Below are positions 49,701-62,100 of a stretch of 64,000 nt of DNA, piece after piece (positions within the stretch are counted from its first letter, which is position 1; each line of letters starts with the position of its first letter). This DNA is from Trichoplax adhaerens (Eukaryota; Animalia; Placozoa). Below the pieces are notes generated by a model that saw only the letters and a list, made by a program, of their open reading frames with translations, was not told the DNA's origin and made no database searches. The DNA is taken from NCBI RefSeq assembly GCF_000150275.1, contig NW_002060947.1, forward strand, positions 6,773,648 to 6,837,647, read 5' to 3'. The position numbers were made by a program, and so were the translations under genes.

Positions 49701-52700
49701 TTTGTACAAGTATGAACTATTAACACCTCTGCACATTGCGGCCAAAAATGGTAACTACGAATTTGCCGAGTTTCTTATCAGCAGAGGTGCTAAAGTTAAT
49801 TCAAAAGACGATGCTGGAAGAACTTGCTTACACTATGCAGCTTTGAGTAATAGTATTTCTATAACGGAACTTATAATTCGAAAGGTACTTTCGTAAATGG
49901 TATTTCTTCAGGTAGTGCTATATTATTGTACGATCGTTATTAATTCTCATCCATTTTATCTCAATACCCAGGGAGCAGATATCGAAGATCGTGACACTGG
50001 AGGCCATACACCGTTACATTTAGCTGTTAAAAAAGGATGTACACAAGTTATTAAGAAACTATTTGAATTAGGCGCCGATATTACGGCTACAGACTCTGAT
50101 GGTCGGCACTGCGTTCATTACATAGCTGAGCAAACTGATATTAGCACCATACAGGCCGTCTTAGAAGTAAGCTTACTATGCCGATCTTGAATTTATTAAA
50201 CTATAAAATTAATTACGGATATCATTTCCGTTTGTAAAATTCGAAACTATCATGGCCCTAAATAGAATGGAGGAAAAGAATTAGTAGAATGTCCTGATAA
50301 CGAAGGCCTCGTACCATTACGTATGGTAGCTACAGAAGGGAACCTTCCAGTGAGCTTTATAATAATCGATCTCGAAATTAATTTCTTTAATTAAATAACA
50401 AATCGGTTTCTTAATAGTGGTAATTCTATAAAATCTCGATTAGCATCTTTTAAATATGAAGCCTTTAGCTACGTATGAGATAACTGCTAAAGTACCCTTA
50501 GAAGTCATCGTCGTGGCTACAAGCCATGCATGCAAAGTGTCCTATGTGTCTATCTGTTTCTTCTAATGGCATAAATCCATCTTCTTCTCAACTCGCAGGC
50601 ACTGTATTTTCTCGTTCAAAATGGTGCCTCGATGGGCACTTTAGATAAAGAAGGCAACACACTTTTGCATATTGCGGCCAAAGGCAATCATCGCGATACT
50701 ATTAAACAAATCTTAAAGCACACCAATGCAAAAGATATCAACACTAGAAATACATCAGGTCAAAAGCCCATCCATATTGCAGCTATTTACGGCCATAATC
50801 GAGTTATACAGAATATGATTAAGAATGGCGCTGACATTAATAGCAAGTAAGAATATTGAAAATTGAAATTAGAGCAATTAAACGATCATTTTAGCTTATA
50901 ACATTTGACTAATAATAGTTGTGGCAGTAGATTCTAGATAACGAATATTTTTCATAAATTGTTAGAGATATCCATTCTTATTACCCACTACACTATGTTG
51001 CAAAGGATGGATATACGGCAGCAGCCCAGCTGTTAGTGGATGAAAATGCTAAAATCGATGTCTTAGATCGCTCCGATGTAGATAGTCTTGGCTCATCTTT
51101 CTACATGATAAAACAGTTTTATTCGATATTTATTTTAACAAACTTTTGATATTCTAGTTATGCATAGAATTAGATCGTTCATTCATTTAGTCTTCTTCTA
51201 AGTTATAAGAGATATCTTACTTTTTTATTACGAAAATATGTTATACGCATATGAGTACGGTAATGAAAGTAAAGATCCTTTACGTTACTCGAATTGATAA
51301 ACTTTCGTACATAATAATCTAAATGTCGATTATGTACCTGTACCGTAACATATACAACTTCATTTACGAGTATTAAATTAATCTAATATTGCAATAGTCT
51401 CTACTATGTCTATTCTAGTCCTTCTAAGCTTTTACATTCTTAATTAAAATAACTAAAGCTCCTAACACAATTAACTTTTAATCTGGAAGAATACGCCTAT
51501 ACATTTAGCATGTGCTAACGGACATCAAGAAGTAACCAAAATATTGTTAGCAAGTGGAGCTGACCCAACAACGATCAATAATCAGGGCCTAAATTGCTTA
51601 GACTTAGCGATAGAAAACGATCAAACGGAAATTGGACTACAAATTATCCGTAGTAAATAGTAAGATTCTAATTTTGAAATATTATTCTTCAACGAGTAAT
51701 CTTCCTGTTTTGACCTTGCTGTTTTTTTTAATTTACGGTATGCAGCATAGTCAGAATATAGTTATCCCAATATTTATCTCAAGATATTCTTAATTCTACT
51801 TGTAGTTGGGAAAAGGCTCTAGAAAATAAAGAATTTGATGGACACACGCCAATGAGGAGACTTATTGAAAAACTTCCTATTGTCGCTTATGTAAGTATAT
51901 ATTTTACATACATGTGAGGTACATAATAACAAGACAATTTATCGTGTAATATATCGATACCTTTATAAAATACAACACCGGTAACAGTGCATTGGATATT
52001 TATTAAAGTACACTAACAGCTTGTGATATATACCAATCACGAAATTCCAAATTTTAGAAAAATAAGGGCTTTATTGAATCTTATACAAAGATTAACTACA
52101 CACAGCTCTACTCTAGCCGAATACTACTACTAAAGACTTCTAGAACGAACTAACAGAATAATCTAAAGTTGCATGCTTTTATACTTTTCGTAGCATTCGC
52201 AGCTACAATCCGCATGGCAACCTTTTACCTTATTTTACACATAGTTAAATTATTCTTAGTAACACTATTCTACTGCGGACCACCATTAGTCCGATATGGA
52301 TACGACTACAGTATTTACGTAGACATTATTGACACTAGCCAAAGTACAATGAATTAACCATATCCTAATATATGATTTACAGTTCTATTTTTACCTATAG
52401 CCTTATTAGTAACCAAAAACCTTACTGTATATAGTCATCTACTCTCTAACATAGAGTCTATACCACTACAGTCTAATAGTTATGGCTACCAAATATCTAC
52501 CGTACATTATACTAAACATGGCTAACAGCCTACAATCACAACACTAGTTACATTACACAGCTCTATTGTATCATAGATTCTTCTATCAACTTGTACTTTA
52601 AAAAGAAAATCATAGTCTGCGTAACGTCTAGATATGTACTAATTATATATCATAATTTAAAATCTGAAGATATTTTGCGATAATATATATTAGTTGCTAA

Positions 52701-55700
52701 ATATGATAAGCTTTCCTAATCATTATACTGTCTAAACTAACGCAGGCCGTAATGGACCGATGTATAACGTATACAAGTGATATTGGAGATTCCAAAGAAA
52801 AGCAGGTTAGTTAATTGCGTTGTTCAAAGCTGCTATCTTAAATATTACATAATTAAAATTCTAGATGAATAAATTTGGGAATCCAAATATTTTTAATTCG
52901 AAATGTTTCAGATTGTTTTTAACTTTAGCTATCTGGAAGCCCCACCAAGCAAAACTAAAACTAAAAATACTGAGGACAATTATTCGGCGGCATCGGTACG
53001 AGTATTTAATTAATAAGCAATTTTAGAAATGTAATTTGTACGGCAACAAGTAATTTGTAGATGTATTTATCTACAACAGAGATAACATTGATCCTTTATA
53101 CTATTAACATTCTTCATTTACAGAGTATTCTCTCGCATAATAGGATCAAGTTAATGCAACATCCTCTCATTCGGGCTTATCGACATTATAAATGGTATTA
53201 GCGATAGGCTCAAACCTATTGATACTACCCTTTCTACAATTAAATTCGATATCTTATGTAATTAATTTCTCTTTTATTACTGTACATTTATAACAGTACA
53301 TTGTACAATAATTTATTAATTTAGGAATTCGCTATTACGATATCACTACTACGGGCGATGTTTTATCAATCTAGTATTTCTGTTGGCTGTTTGTACACCT
53401 GTTAGCCTAAATATTGACGACTATTATAAAGCTGTCCGTAATCAAACTGGAAATAACGCTGTTGAACAGATAACAGTAACACAGGTATAATATTCGATAG
53501 TTTTAATAATCTTTGATAACATTTATTATTAGCATTTAATAGATAGGATTGATATGGTCACTAATGTTATCTTTACGGTTTCGACTCTTACTCTTATATC
53601 CACAACTTGGCAATGTATGTATCGGTGCAATTTGGATGAATACGTTATTCGACGATTATCAGTATTCGGAAGAAGTTTATACAAGAAATATTGTTGTATT
53701 TTCAGCCGTGGTGTTTAATGTTTTCATTCACGTAACCAGACTAGTCTTCGTGGTTAGTTTACAAATTTGTACCTGATAACATACCTATTGTGCATAACGG
53801 TATTTGATTATACTTGTCCATAAGTTAAAAAAAACTTTACTATTGACATTAACAGATATCTTAATCATTTGATTTAATATTAAGATTAACATAACTTTCG
53901 TTTAAAAATAATGTAAATGACAATTCTATATCGTCTATTTAAGCCAAGCAAGTTTATGAATGAAATTGCAGCTTCTATAGTAGAAATTGGGATCGAATTA
54001 ATGGCTCTATTATATTGCCTTCCATTTCAACAACCAACAACAATTCTAAAAGTACAAATAGGAGCCATGATTGTTTTTCTCTCCTTTATAAACTTTCTAA
54101 GGCAGCTAAAAAGGTAAGCCTCAAATAGGATTTTACTTAAAATTAGGCAATTTCGTTCGTCGCTATCGGTTAATTTATAAATATCGTCTATTAAGAAACG
54201 AGAAAATGAATAGCTTGTAATCGTAAAGTTTGATACTCAACTCAATCATTAAGCATGAAAAGTTATGATCTCCTATCCTTCATTACCTTACATTAAGAAA
54301 AGCTGAGATAGATAAATTAAGATCAATTATCTCACCAACTGTGTAATAGTTGAGTAATAGTCTCCTAGTATTATTGGTAATCCATGTGTCTAATTTTGGA
54401 GTACTCTATTTAATCAGCGTCTAAATAAATAAGATAGTGCAAGTTATAGTTAGCCCATGATGCCTATAAATTGATAGCTTTAATAATCAACTGCATCTAT
54501 TCCGCTGAAATTTATAATTATTAAATTTCTTTAATTCAAGAATGTAATATATTTTAAGCTAATCTGATAAACATTTTAATTATTACAGTATCTATAGTCA
54601 ATCTTAGGACTTTATGATTGTTGCATCACTAATATAGAGCCTTCGGTGTCGGATTATATTTGACCATGTTTCTCACCATCATGAAGACAATTATAAGAGC
54701 TTCACTAGTTATTATTCTATTTTTGATTGCCTTTGCTATCGCTTGCCATATGGTTTTAAGACAATTGGTAAGTAGTAGAAAGTTTTCATGTATTACAAAT
54801 TATATCTTCTATTAATATTAATTCACGCTTACAGCCAGAGTTCAGCGAATTAGGGTACGCCTTTATACGTGTTCTAACGATGATGGTTGGAGATATCAGT
54901 TACCGCGAAATATTTCAGCATTTATACGACACAAATCAACTACAGAACTCTGGTTTAGCTTTGATCATTATTGTCCTCTTTGTTGTAATTATTAACATTG
55001 CTTTTGCTAATTTATTGGTAAGCTGATGTTTAACCATATTATATTACATTTCATCATCAGTCTTTTTAAAATCTGTTGCTGTATTAACTGTACATTACTG
55101 TATTAAGGTTGGCTTGGCTGTAGGAGATATAAATAAAGTCAGATCAAATGCCGATATTAGTTTAATTCAAATGGATCTTTCTTATATAAGCAGTCTCAGA
55201 ACATATTTTATGCCAAAATTTTTGCAAAAGTATGCATATCAATCAGCATTAGTGCTACGAAATCATCACAAAATGAAGCTAAGAGAAAAGGTTCACGATA
55301 TTAACCCTAGCTATTTCACATATCTAGTTTTCTAAAGTGAAAATGGTCAAGATTTAAATGATAGTTACTGTACGATCTATTAAACTATTTTCTAGTTTAT
55401 ATGGAAAAAGTTAACTGAAGGTGTTAGACTACAAGCTCCTATAGAGAATACGCTGGAAAGATGCAAGGATATCAACATATTTCAAGAATTGAGACAACAA
55501 AACTTAAAGTAAGTAAAGAAATTGCTTCTGTTACGCCTATANNNNNNNNNNNNNNNNNNNNNNNNNNNNNNNNNNNNNNNNNNNNNNNNNNATATTTTTA
55601 TAAAGTATCAATATATATTGAACTGTTACAATTACTAATTGGATACTTTTATATTGCGATTACAGTAGCAAGGATTTCACAGATAATTTTGCTGATTTTC

Positions 55701-55780
55701 GATCAGATGTTCTCCATCATTTAATTACGATAGAAAGCTTACTGAAAAAAATAAGTAATGAAGATCCGGCATTAATTTGA
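43703..55780 (+). CDS. TRPA1: TRPA1-like channel, tandem copy 4 (complete, 25 exons; one weak donor, assembly gap in the last intron)
   Basis: ATG at 43703, exon 1 ends 43981, exon 2 starts 47689. Exon structure matches the paralogs. Pore at ~54875-54910. Ends ...EDPALI* (TGA 55778-55780). Confidence 0.9.
45196..45362 (+). repeat. Local tandem duplication, period ~87 bp, intron 1 of copy 4
   Basis: TTGATCAATCTTTTAAT..TCCTTGA...AAAATGAAGA.ATTCGATCT occurs twice. Confidence 0.85.
46387..46775 (+). mobile_element. Degenerate LTR-like element, intron 1 of copy 4
   Basis: TGTGATG...GAGACA; flanks TATTAC/TTTTAC; the 3' part resembles family A. Confidence 0.5.
46848..47163 (+). mobile_element. Solo LTR (316 bp), intron 1 of copy 4
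   Basis: TGTTGTAA...TTGCAACA (7/8 inverted repeat); flanks GATCA/CATCA (4/5); TATAAG ~46947; AATAAA ~47044. Confidence 0.75.
48996..49426 (-). mobile_element. Solo-LTR-like element (431 bp), intron 6 of copy 4
   Basis: TGTGAC...GCGACA; minus-strand TATATAAA (~49177) and AATAAA (~49103); flanked by AAAAGTGC/AAAAGTAC; absent from the paralogs. Confidence 0.8.
52022..52557 (-). mobile_element. Solo LTR (536 bp), family A, intron 14 of copy 4
   Basis: TGTGAT...ATTACA; exact TSD CAGCT at 52017-52021 and 52558-52562; minus-strand TATAAAA and AATAAA. Confidence 0.93.
55542..55591. other. Assembly gap (50 N) in the last intron of copy 4
   Basis: Run of N. The flanks match the paralogous ~165-bp intron, so the true gap is probably of similar size. 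Confidence 0.98.
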
Positions 55781-56498
55781 ACTGCGAGTACTTAAAAGCT
55801 TATTAATCAATTATCCGCTTAAGGATAGGTGGCCGCTTTGCTATTAGTTAATATATTTATGCACTCCTTAAATATTTGTTGATTTTACGTATAAAATTAT
55901 AATTTAAGTAGCAAATCCTCATTTATATAATATAGTTACGTCTCTTAAAGTCGATAATTATCATTGTAAAAAGACTAGTCTTCTGTAATCTAGAAGTTAT
56001 CCAAACGTTAATTTGTTTTTTCGTGAACGGTAATTTCTTGCGTTATGTTCATTATTACTGTATGTGTTATACTTTGAGCTATAGGTTAATTTAATATATA
56101 GTTGTTAACAGTTACACCACTAAGCTCAGTAATAATTACGTTTTTATGGAGATTGTGTACTCAGATCTTAATTAAACGGCGTCAGTGCAGTTTGTTAACT
56201 CGTACACAGTATTAAAGCAGAGTTAAGATTTTATATTCTTAGTAATGTGATATGTTGCCATATTTCATTACATACTTAACACAGATTAGCTTCCGTTACA
56301 GTATAGTATACTTCTACATAAAAATGATTTGCATTTAACAGCTTGTTCTTAAATATCCCATTAGTGCTTAGGCTCGATTTTTGCATATAAATAAACTAGC
56401 TTAATCGGTCTTTTTCGTTGACAAATAATTCTTTTATTGTGCTTTTCAAACATTACATTACTGGTATGTAAGTGACTTATTTATCCTCCATCCAGCTA

Positions 56499-56860
56499 TG
56501 TCATAACCGTCGCTTGTGGCAAAGCTTTGGTAAAGAACTCTAGAGTAAGTACAGTAACTCGGGCTGCTTCTCCAGTATTTTCCAGTCTCTATCCGAGCAA
56601 TATATGAGAAATCAATTTCTCAGCTGTACTCCACAAACAACTGATTTATAATTAAATTTTTCTTCACACTACGACTCCTGAACGCTTCTTAAGCAATTAG
56701 TACTTTAATTTTAAAACCACACACACTTAAATATATTTGTAACGTGAATTCTAACGTTATATACAATTACTAAATAGATACGAGTATGTAGATATTGTGG
56801 AACTTAGAGTGCTGAAACGCTCATTCGTCGTCCTTATATGACTTTTCTCAGATCTAACGA
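56499..56860 (-). mobile_element. Truncated family B LTR, fused to a piece resembling the 20014 LTR's TATA region
   Basis: 56499-56770 aligns to 23884-24170. The reverse complement of ~56800-56840 resembles 20405-20445. Host spacer homology resumes at ~56865. Confidence 0.7.
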
Positions 56861-56939
56861 CAATCAAGACTAACACTTTGGTATACTAATCTGAGTAATT
56901 TTTCACTGTGACAACAAACCCTCAATCTCTAGAAAGATC

Positions 56940-57560
56940 ACATTCACATTCCCATCACTTGCTACTGGCAAATATCATAACATAAAGCCACTAAGTTCTC
57001 AAATTCGCTAGAAACTGATATTAATGTTAAATTAGAGATAAAAAAATTCTACAACTTTATTATTACCGACCTTTCAGGCATAGAATTGTTAATGAAAATG
57101 AAACGTTTTACAGCTCAAAATTAGCTACAGAAGCGTTGACCGATGTAAGCTGTCTTGAATAGGATGTGGTTTATAATGACTGTAAAAAACTACTGAAATT
57201 AATAAAATCCGATAGTAAATACTGTTGATGCTTGAAATGAATTTGATTATTGTATTATCAAAATTACTAATCTAATAAATTAACTCGAGCCAGATGATAC
57301 TATTGAAGCAGGAAGACAAAATGCGCTGAATAGAATCGTTTAAAATCATGACGATAAATTTTACCATGTAGCACATTTAGTTGACTAATACAATGAATTG
57401 CGTACAATGGGGATCTGGTAAGAAGGAAATCTCTTCGTTACCCTACGCCTTTGCTTTTGAATCCAAATTCCCTGCTTCTATCGCTAATCTTTCTGAAATC
57501 AAGAAAAAATATAGAAAATAATACAGTCTAGCTCTTCTTCTAAATCATTTAAGGATAAGA
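56940..57560 (+). pseudogene. Duplicate of the decayed spacer coding relics (copy 4-5 spacer)
   Basis: Aligns by eye to 41360-41580 and 42160-42460: ..GKYHN..ETDINV, DDTIEAGRQNALNRIV*, GSGKKEI...SKFPASIANLSEIKKKYRK*. Confidence 0.45.
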
Positions 57561-59174
57561 CACTTTACCTATTGCCTGTTCAATCAATTTTAAGAAACTC
57601 ATGCTTATGTAAACCATTTAAAATGTGATATACCATGGTATTAACAATGATTTCATAACAGTATATTTCACTGATGTCGCGAAGCTAAAAAAATGCTTCA
57701 TTTGGAGGACTTTAGAATACGGATGCAGCTTGACATTGCTGTAAATGATTTGCTCCTATATAGCTATAATTTTAATTTTAATAATCTTAGCTAAGTAAAG
57801 CTATGGCCGTAGCGTGTTCTAAAGGCAGATGGTAACTCATTTAACATTACTAAAATTTCATAATGGTTGCTAAAATTAATGATACGCATTTCATAAATTA
57901 TTTTTTTAAATGATCTGATCCAAGCTTTGTTATAGTTGATTTTTTAAAATTTTAACCAAGTATTATTTTAAATGATAAACTATTAAATTGCCATCAATTA
58001 AAAATTATGTATAGCGCATTTGTATTCTGAGAATCGTGATGACGCAAAATGAAAATTTCGCTAGATATTCTTAAATGTACCGTAGCCATAGCCATAACTA
58101 TGTACTGTTATTGTATGCCTCAACTAATGAATCTGATCCAAATATAATGAATTTAGCTGATTCTTCAAAATAGAGTTAGATATATGAGAAACGACGCAAT
58201 AACGTCTAGCAATTAATTATACGATAGTTATTAACTATAACTATCTCACTAATCACACCCAAAGTGATCTGATAATATAACCCGTTAAGACTAACGTTTA
58301 TAATATATCAAACAATCATAGATATTATTTTACTGCCATCTTTTCGATAAGAAAGCAGCAATTTTATTCGTTATACATTATACTATGTTACTTGGGATGG
58401 GAAATAAATCAGAGCCTAATGATTTTTCTTTACGTCTGTTTTCATGAATAATAAATTATATTGTTAAGCTTTAATCTTTTCAAGGCACCTACTATTTATT
58501 CTTCTATATAAAGCAAAGGCAGTAACAATTTAGACAGGCATCTACATAAGTAGCGACTAGGAGAGAAGATGAATAAGAATGATAGATTCAAATAAAATTA
58601 ATATGAAAAGTATCTCATCGTGGTTAATAATCTAACATTATTCTATGAAACAATAGCAAGATAACTGAATAGCATTTCATACAATAGAAATTGCAAGTCA
58701 TGATTGCTTACTAGATTAAACATGATATAGTAGTATAATGATAGAAAGACATCAAAATTATGACGCAATGAAATCATGAATGCTGCCTATCTATTATATT
58801 TTAGTTCTAGCCAACTAAATCGTGGCTGTGTTACTTGTTTTTGTCAACGATTGCACACCGAAACTGGACTTGCCTGTTTCTATAGAACATGCTATAAAGT
58901 AGCCTTTAAAGGTTTGCTTGGCTGTAGCGCCATTACCATAACGCATTATTTATAGTTACTACCTTACCGATTGATTATAAAAATAATCTGTAAGCAGATC
59001 AAAATCAGGCTTAATCCCGCTTCCTATCTTATTTATTCTGACAAGTAAATTGGAAAAGTTGAAATAACGCAACTTCAGCCAAAATTCGAGATTGATTTTA
59101 ATTAAATCATTTTAACTGTATGAGTGCCGCATTGTTGTAAATTCTGCTACTTGTATACAGAAGAAGTATAAATC

Positions 59175-62100
59175 ATGAAAAAAACTTCCAAGATCAAGGC
59201 TTTTGATCAAAACGTCGATGACGAGCCGGATCGCCATAATGTTCGATTTATTAATAGGTGGAAATTTCCCAGTTGGGGATCAAAGAAAAACATGAATCGC
59301 TCTTCAACTATCGAACATGGTATTAATACTATGTTTGTTAAAGTTAGCGACCAGCAGAAAAGATCAAAATCTACAACAAGCAATGCCGTTAATAATTCAT
59401 TAGTTAGCCTTGGCTTTGCCGTGGCGAATACTAAGGCAAGGGATCTCTATGAGGTGAGAAATTTGTTTGCTATAACTTATTTATTAACTTTAATCTTACC
59501 AAGAAACATGATTGTAGAATTGATGATAGTAAATTAAAATGGTATGAAATTTATATAATTATACAGTTATGGTTTATAGGGACTTCTTTGTTTTTCAATA
59601 TAACTAATGCAGTCATATTGAAGAGATAAAGAATAACCTACCGCCATAAGCTATCAGTTGTATTTAATTTAAGAATAACGTGTTAAATCTATAACTGACA
59701 CCGAGCAATAATTATACGATGAGCAGCTTAAAAGCATCGCTAAATTCAAAGCTACATTTTACTAGATTCGTTCTGATTCGTCTTTGATATCATAAGCTTT
59801 CCTGATGAGTAATAGAATTCATATTTGAGATATTATAATTGATTAAGTAAAAGCTGAAGAATTTAGCGTGAAAGATTACTGTAACTTACGGATTTAATTC
59901 GAAAACTATCAAAACTTTCTTGCTTTTACTACTTTTTTTAATTTTAATTAAAGTATCTTATTAACTATCTAGCTATAGCTAACAAGAGTGAAAATATATA
60001 TTTAGAAAAATTCTTTTTCATACTTAACTCTAGCCCTAACCCTAGCCATAATATTTAAATAGGAACGATAATCTAATGTAGCACTGGATTTGATCAATTA
60101 AAACTACTAAAAGTAACTCTAATTACTAGAAATATAAATTTATTTATTAATTTAAAATGGGTTAAATAACTATAGTGTAAGCAGAAAAAAGTAAATTTCT
60201 ATTTGGCTACGAATCTAATCTTGCACTTTCCCAGTACGTAAATTTATCTATATCATAATTTTAACTCTTCTGTGGATCATTAATATTTCGTGCAACCATC
60301 TTTAACTTATTATTATATCGATAAATAAAATACGAGTCCTTTGTAAGCGATAGTTGATGTTAATTAACACTATAAATACTTCTTGATAATGATTAGACTG
60401 TCATCTTTAAGATACAGTTATTCAATTTCACGCTATTGATTCAATGAAAGACTACCATTATATAGTTTATGCTTCGATCGCCAAACGCAGTCAAAAATTT
60501 CAAACCTTTCTATCTTTCACTACGTCGTTATATTTGATCCGATTGAAAGGTGATATACAGTATTTAAATTCTGATTAAAGAGTTGAATGCAAGTACCTAG
60601 AGATTAATGAGCAAAGTAAATTTTTCAAGGATTGTAGTATCATTAGTTATCTTCATCAAACTAAACTAAACTCGAATTTATTTAAAATTTAGTAATTCAT
60701 TTTTCAAATACTATCATTATCTAATAACTTTATTTTGACTTTTTAGCTGTAATTTGAACTTAGAAATAAGACAATATTCATATTTCGACATCAATTAAAT
60801 TTTATAGGCTGAAGCACAAAGTTATGACATTTTAATAGCAGAACTGCTGCAACTGACCTATGTCTGGAAATGATGTCAATAAAAATAGACAGGTGGTCTA
60901 GATTAGTGGCGCTAACTAGTTGGCTAATTGTTTCTTTTCGGTCTCAATTATAATACTACAATAGTTATTTTAGAAAGAATGCAATGCAGCTATTACTCGT
61001 ATCATTTTAAAATAGCTGATTTATATTTAAAGTAGTTTAAAATTTGGGTAAAGATCAAGTTTTGCTGCCTGACGAAGTGATAGCAAATGATTGTGGGGGG
61101 GGCATCTTTCCCTAAAGAAATAGGCAAGTACGACATAACTTATGCTGTCTTAATGCTGTCTTTAGGGGTTGTTTAGTTTAAATTGACAATCTATTGAAGA
61201 CATAATGAGAATTGTTTGTGATACTGCTATCAGTAATTAGCTAATAATATAATGAACTTTCCATCCTATGCGTGAGGAAGCTAAATGTAGAGGATTGATC
61301 CTAAGACCGATATTATAAATATTGTTAATGATTCTCTAATTAATTATATTAGATTTATGAATTTGATCAATGTAAGTCTTGAATTTTTCCTTCCCCCAAA
61401 CCGTGCAGTAACATCATGATTTCATTACGAATAAGATTAAAAGTTAATTCATTTTTACTGTCTCCATATTCCTTTACTATATCTATTTATATTGTTGTCC
61501 TAATTCTTTTCGTAAATTTACTTCTAAAATACATAGTTGAAATCTGCCATATCGCTTAATTAATTAAGTGAGATACAGCGGTTAAAGCTTCATTTGTCCC
61601 ATTCGCGTTAAAAATTTAGTAATAGGTAAACCGATAAATAAAATTTATTAACAGGGAGAGAGTCATCACCAAGTGTATATTGTAATTTTGAATGGCTATT
61701 AATCTGGATAGTTAACTTTAAGATAGTTTAGCGAAATCTGCTTATCAGAGTATTCTAGACTACCCGTGCAAGTTAAGGAATAGGAATATTTCACGCTTCA
61801 ATCTTTAATTTTTTTGTCATTAGTTTGTTTATTTAATGATAAAGTCAGTCTGAGTTTTTTGCAAAGAGTTAAAAGCAAAGACATTAACCTTGCAAGGAAC
61901 TAAAATATCTGAGTTATCGATCTAAATTAACATGGTGTTTCAACTGCGTTATAATTAGCTTACTAAAGAGTTTCAAATCATATTTTCAAGCTACATCCAA
62001 TCCACGTTACTACTAAACTTGGTACCAGATCGTTACCATAACGAATTACAAAAGATATTAATTCATCGTACTAATTCATATAAATTTTACATAAATTAAC

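Noticed and set aside
52169-52357. 62-aa hydrophobic ORF
   Set aside because: Lies inside a solo LTR and is not preserved as an ORF in the 31103 copy.
56907-56913. TGTGACA as the right end of the 56499 LTR
   Set aside because: It is host spacer sequence homologous to ~41332, and there is no TSD.
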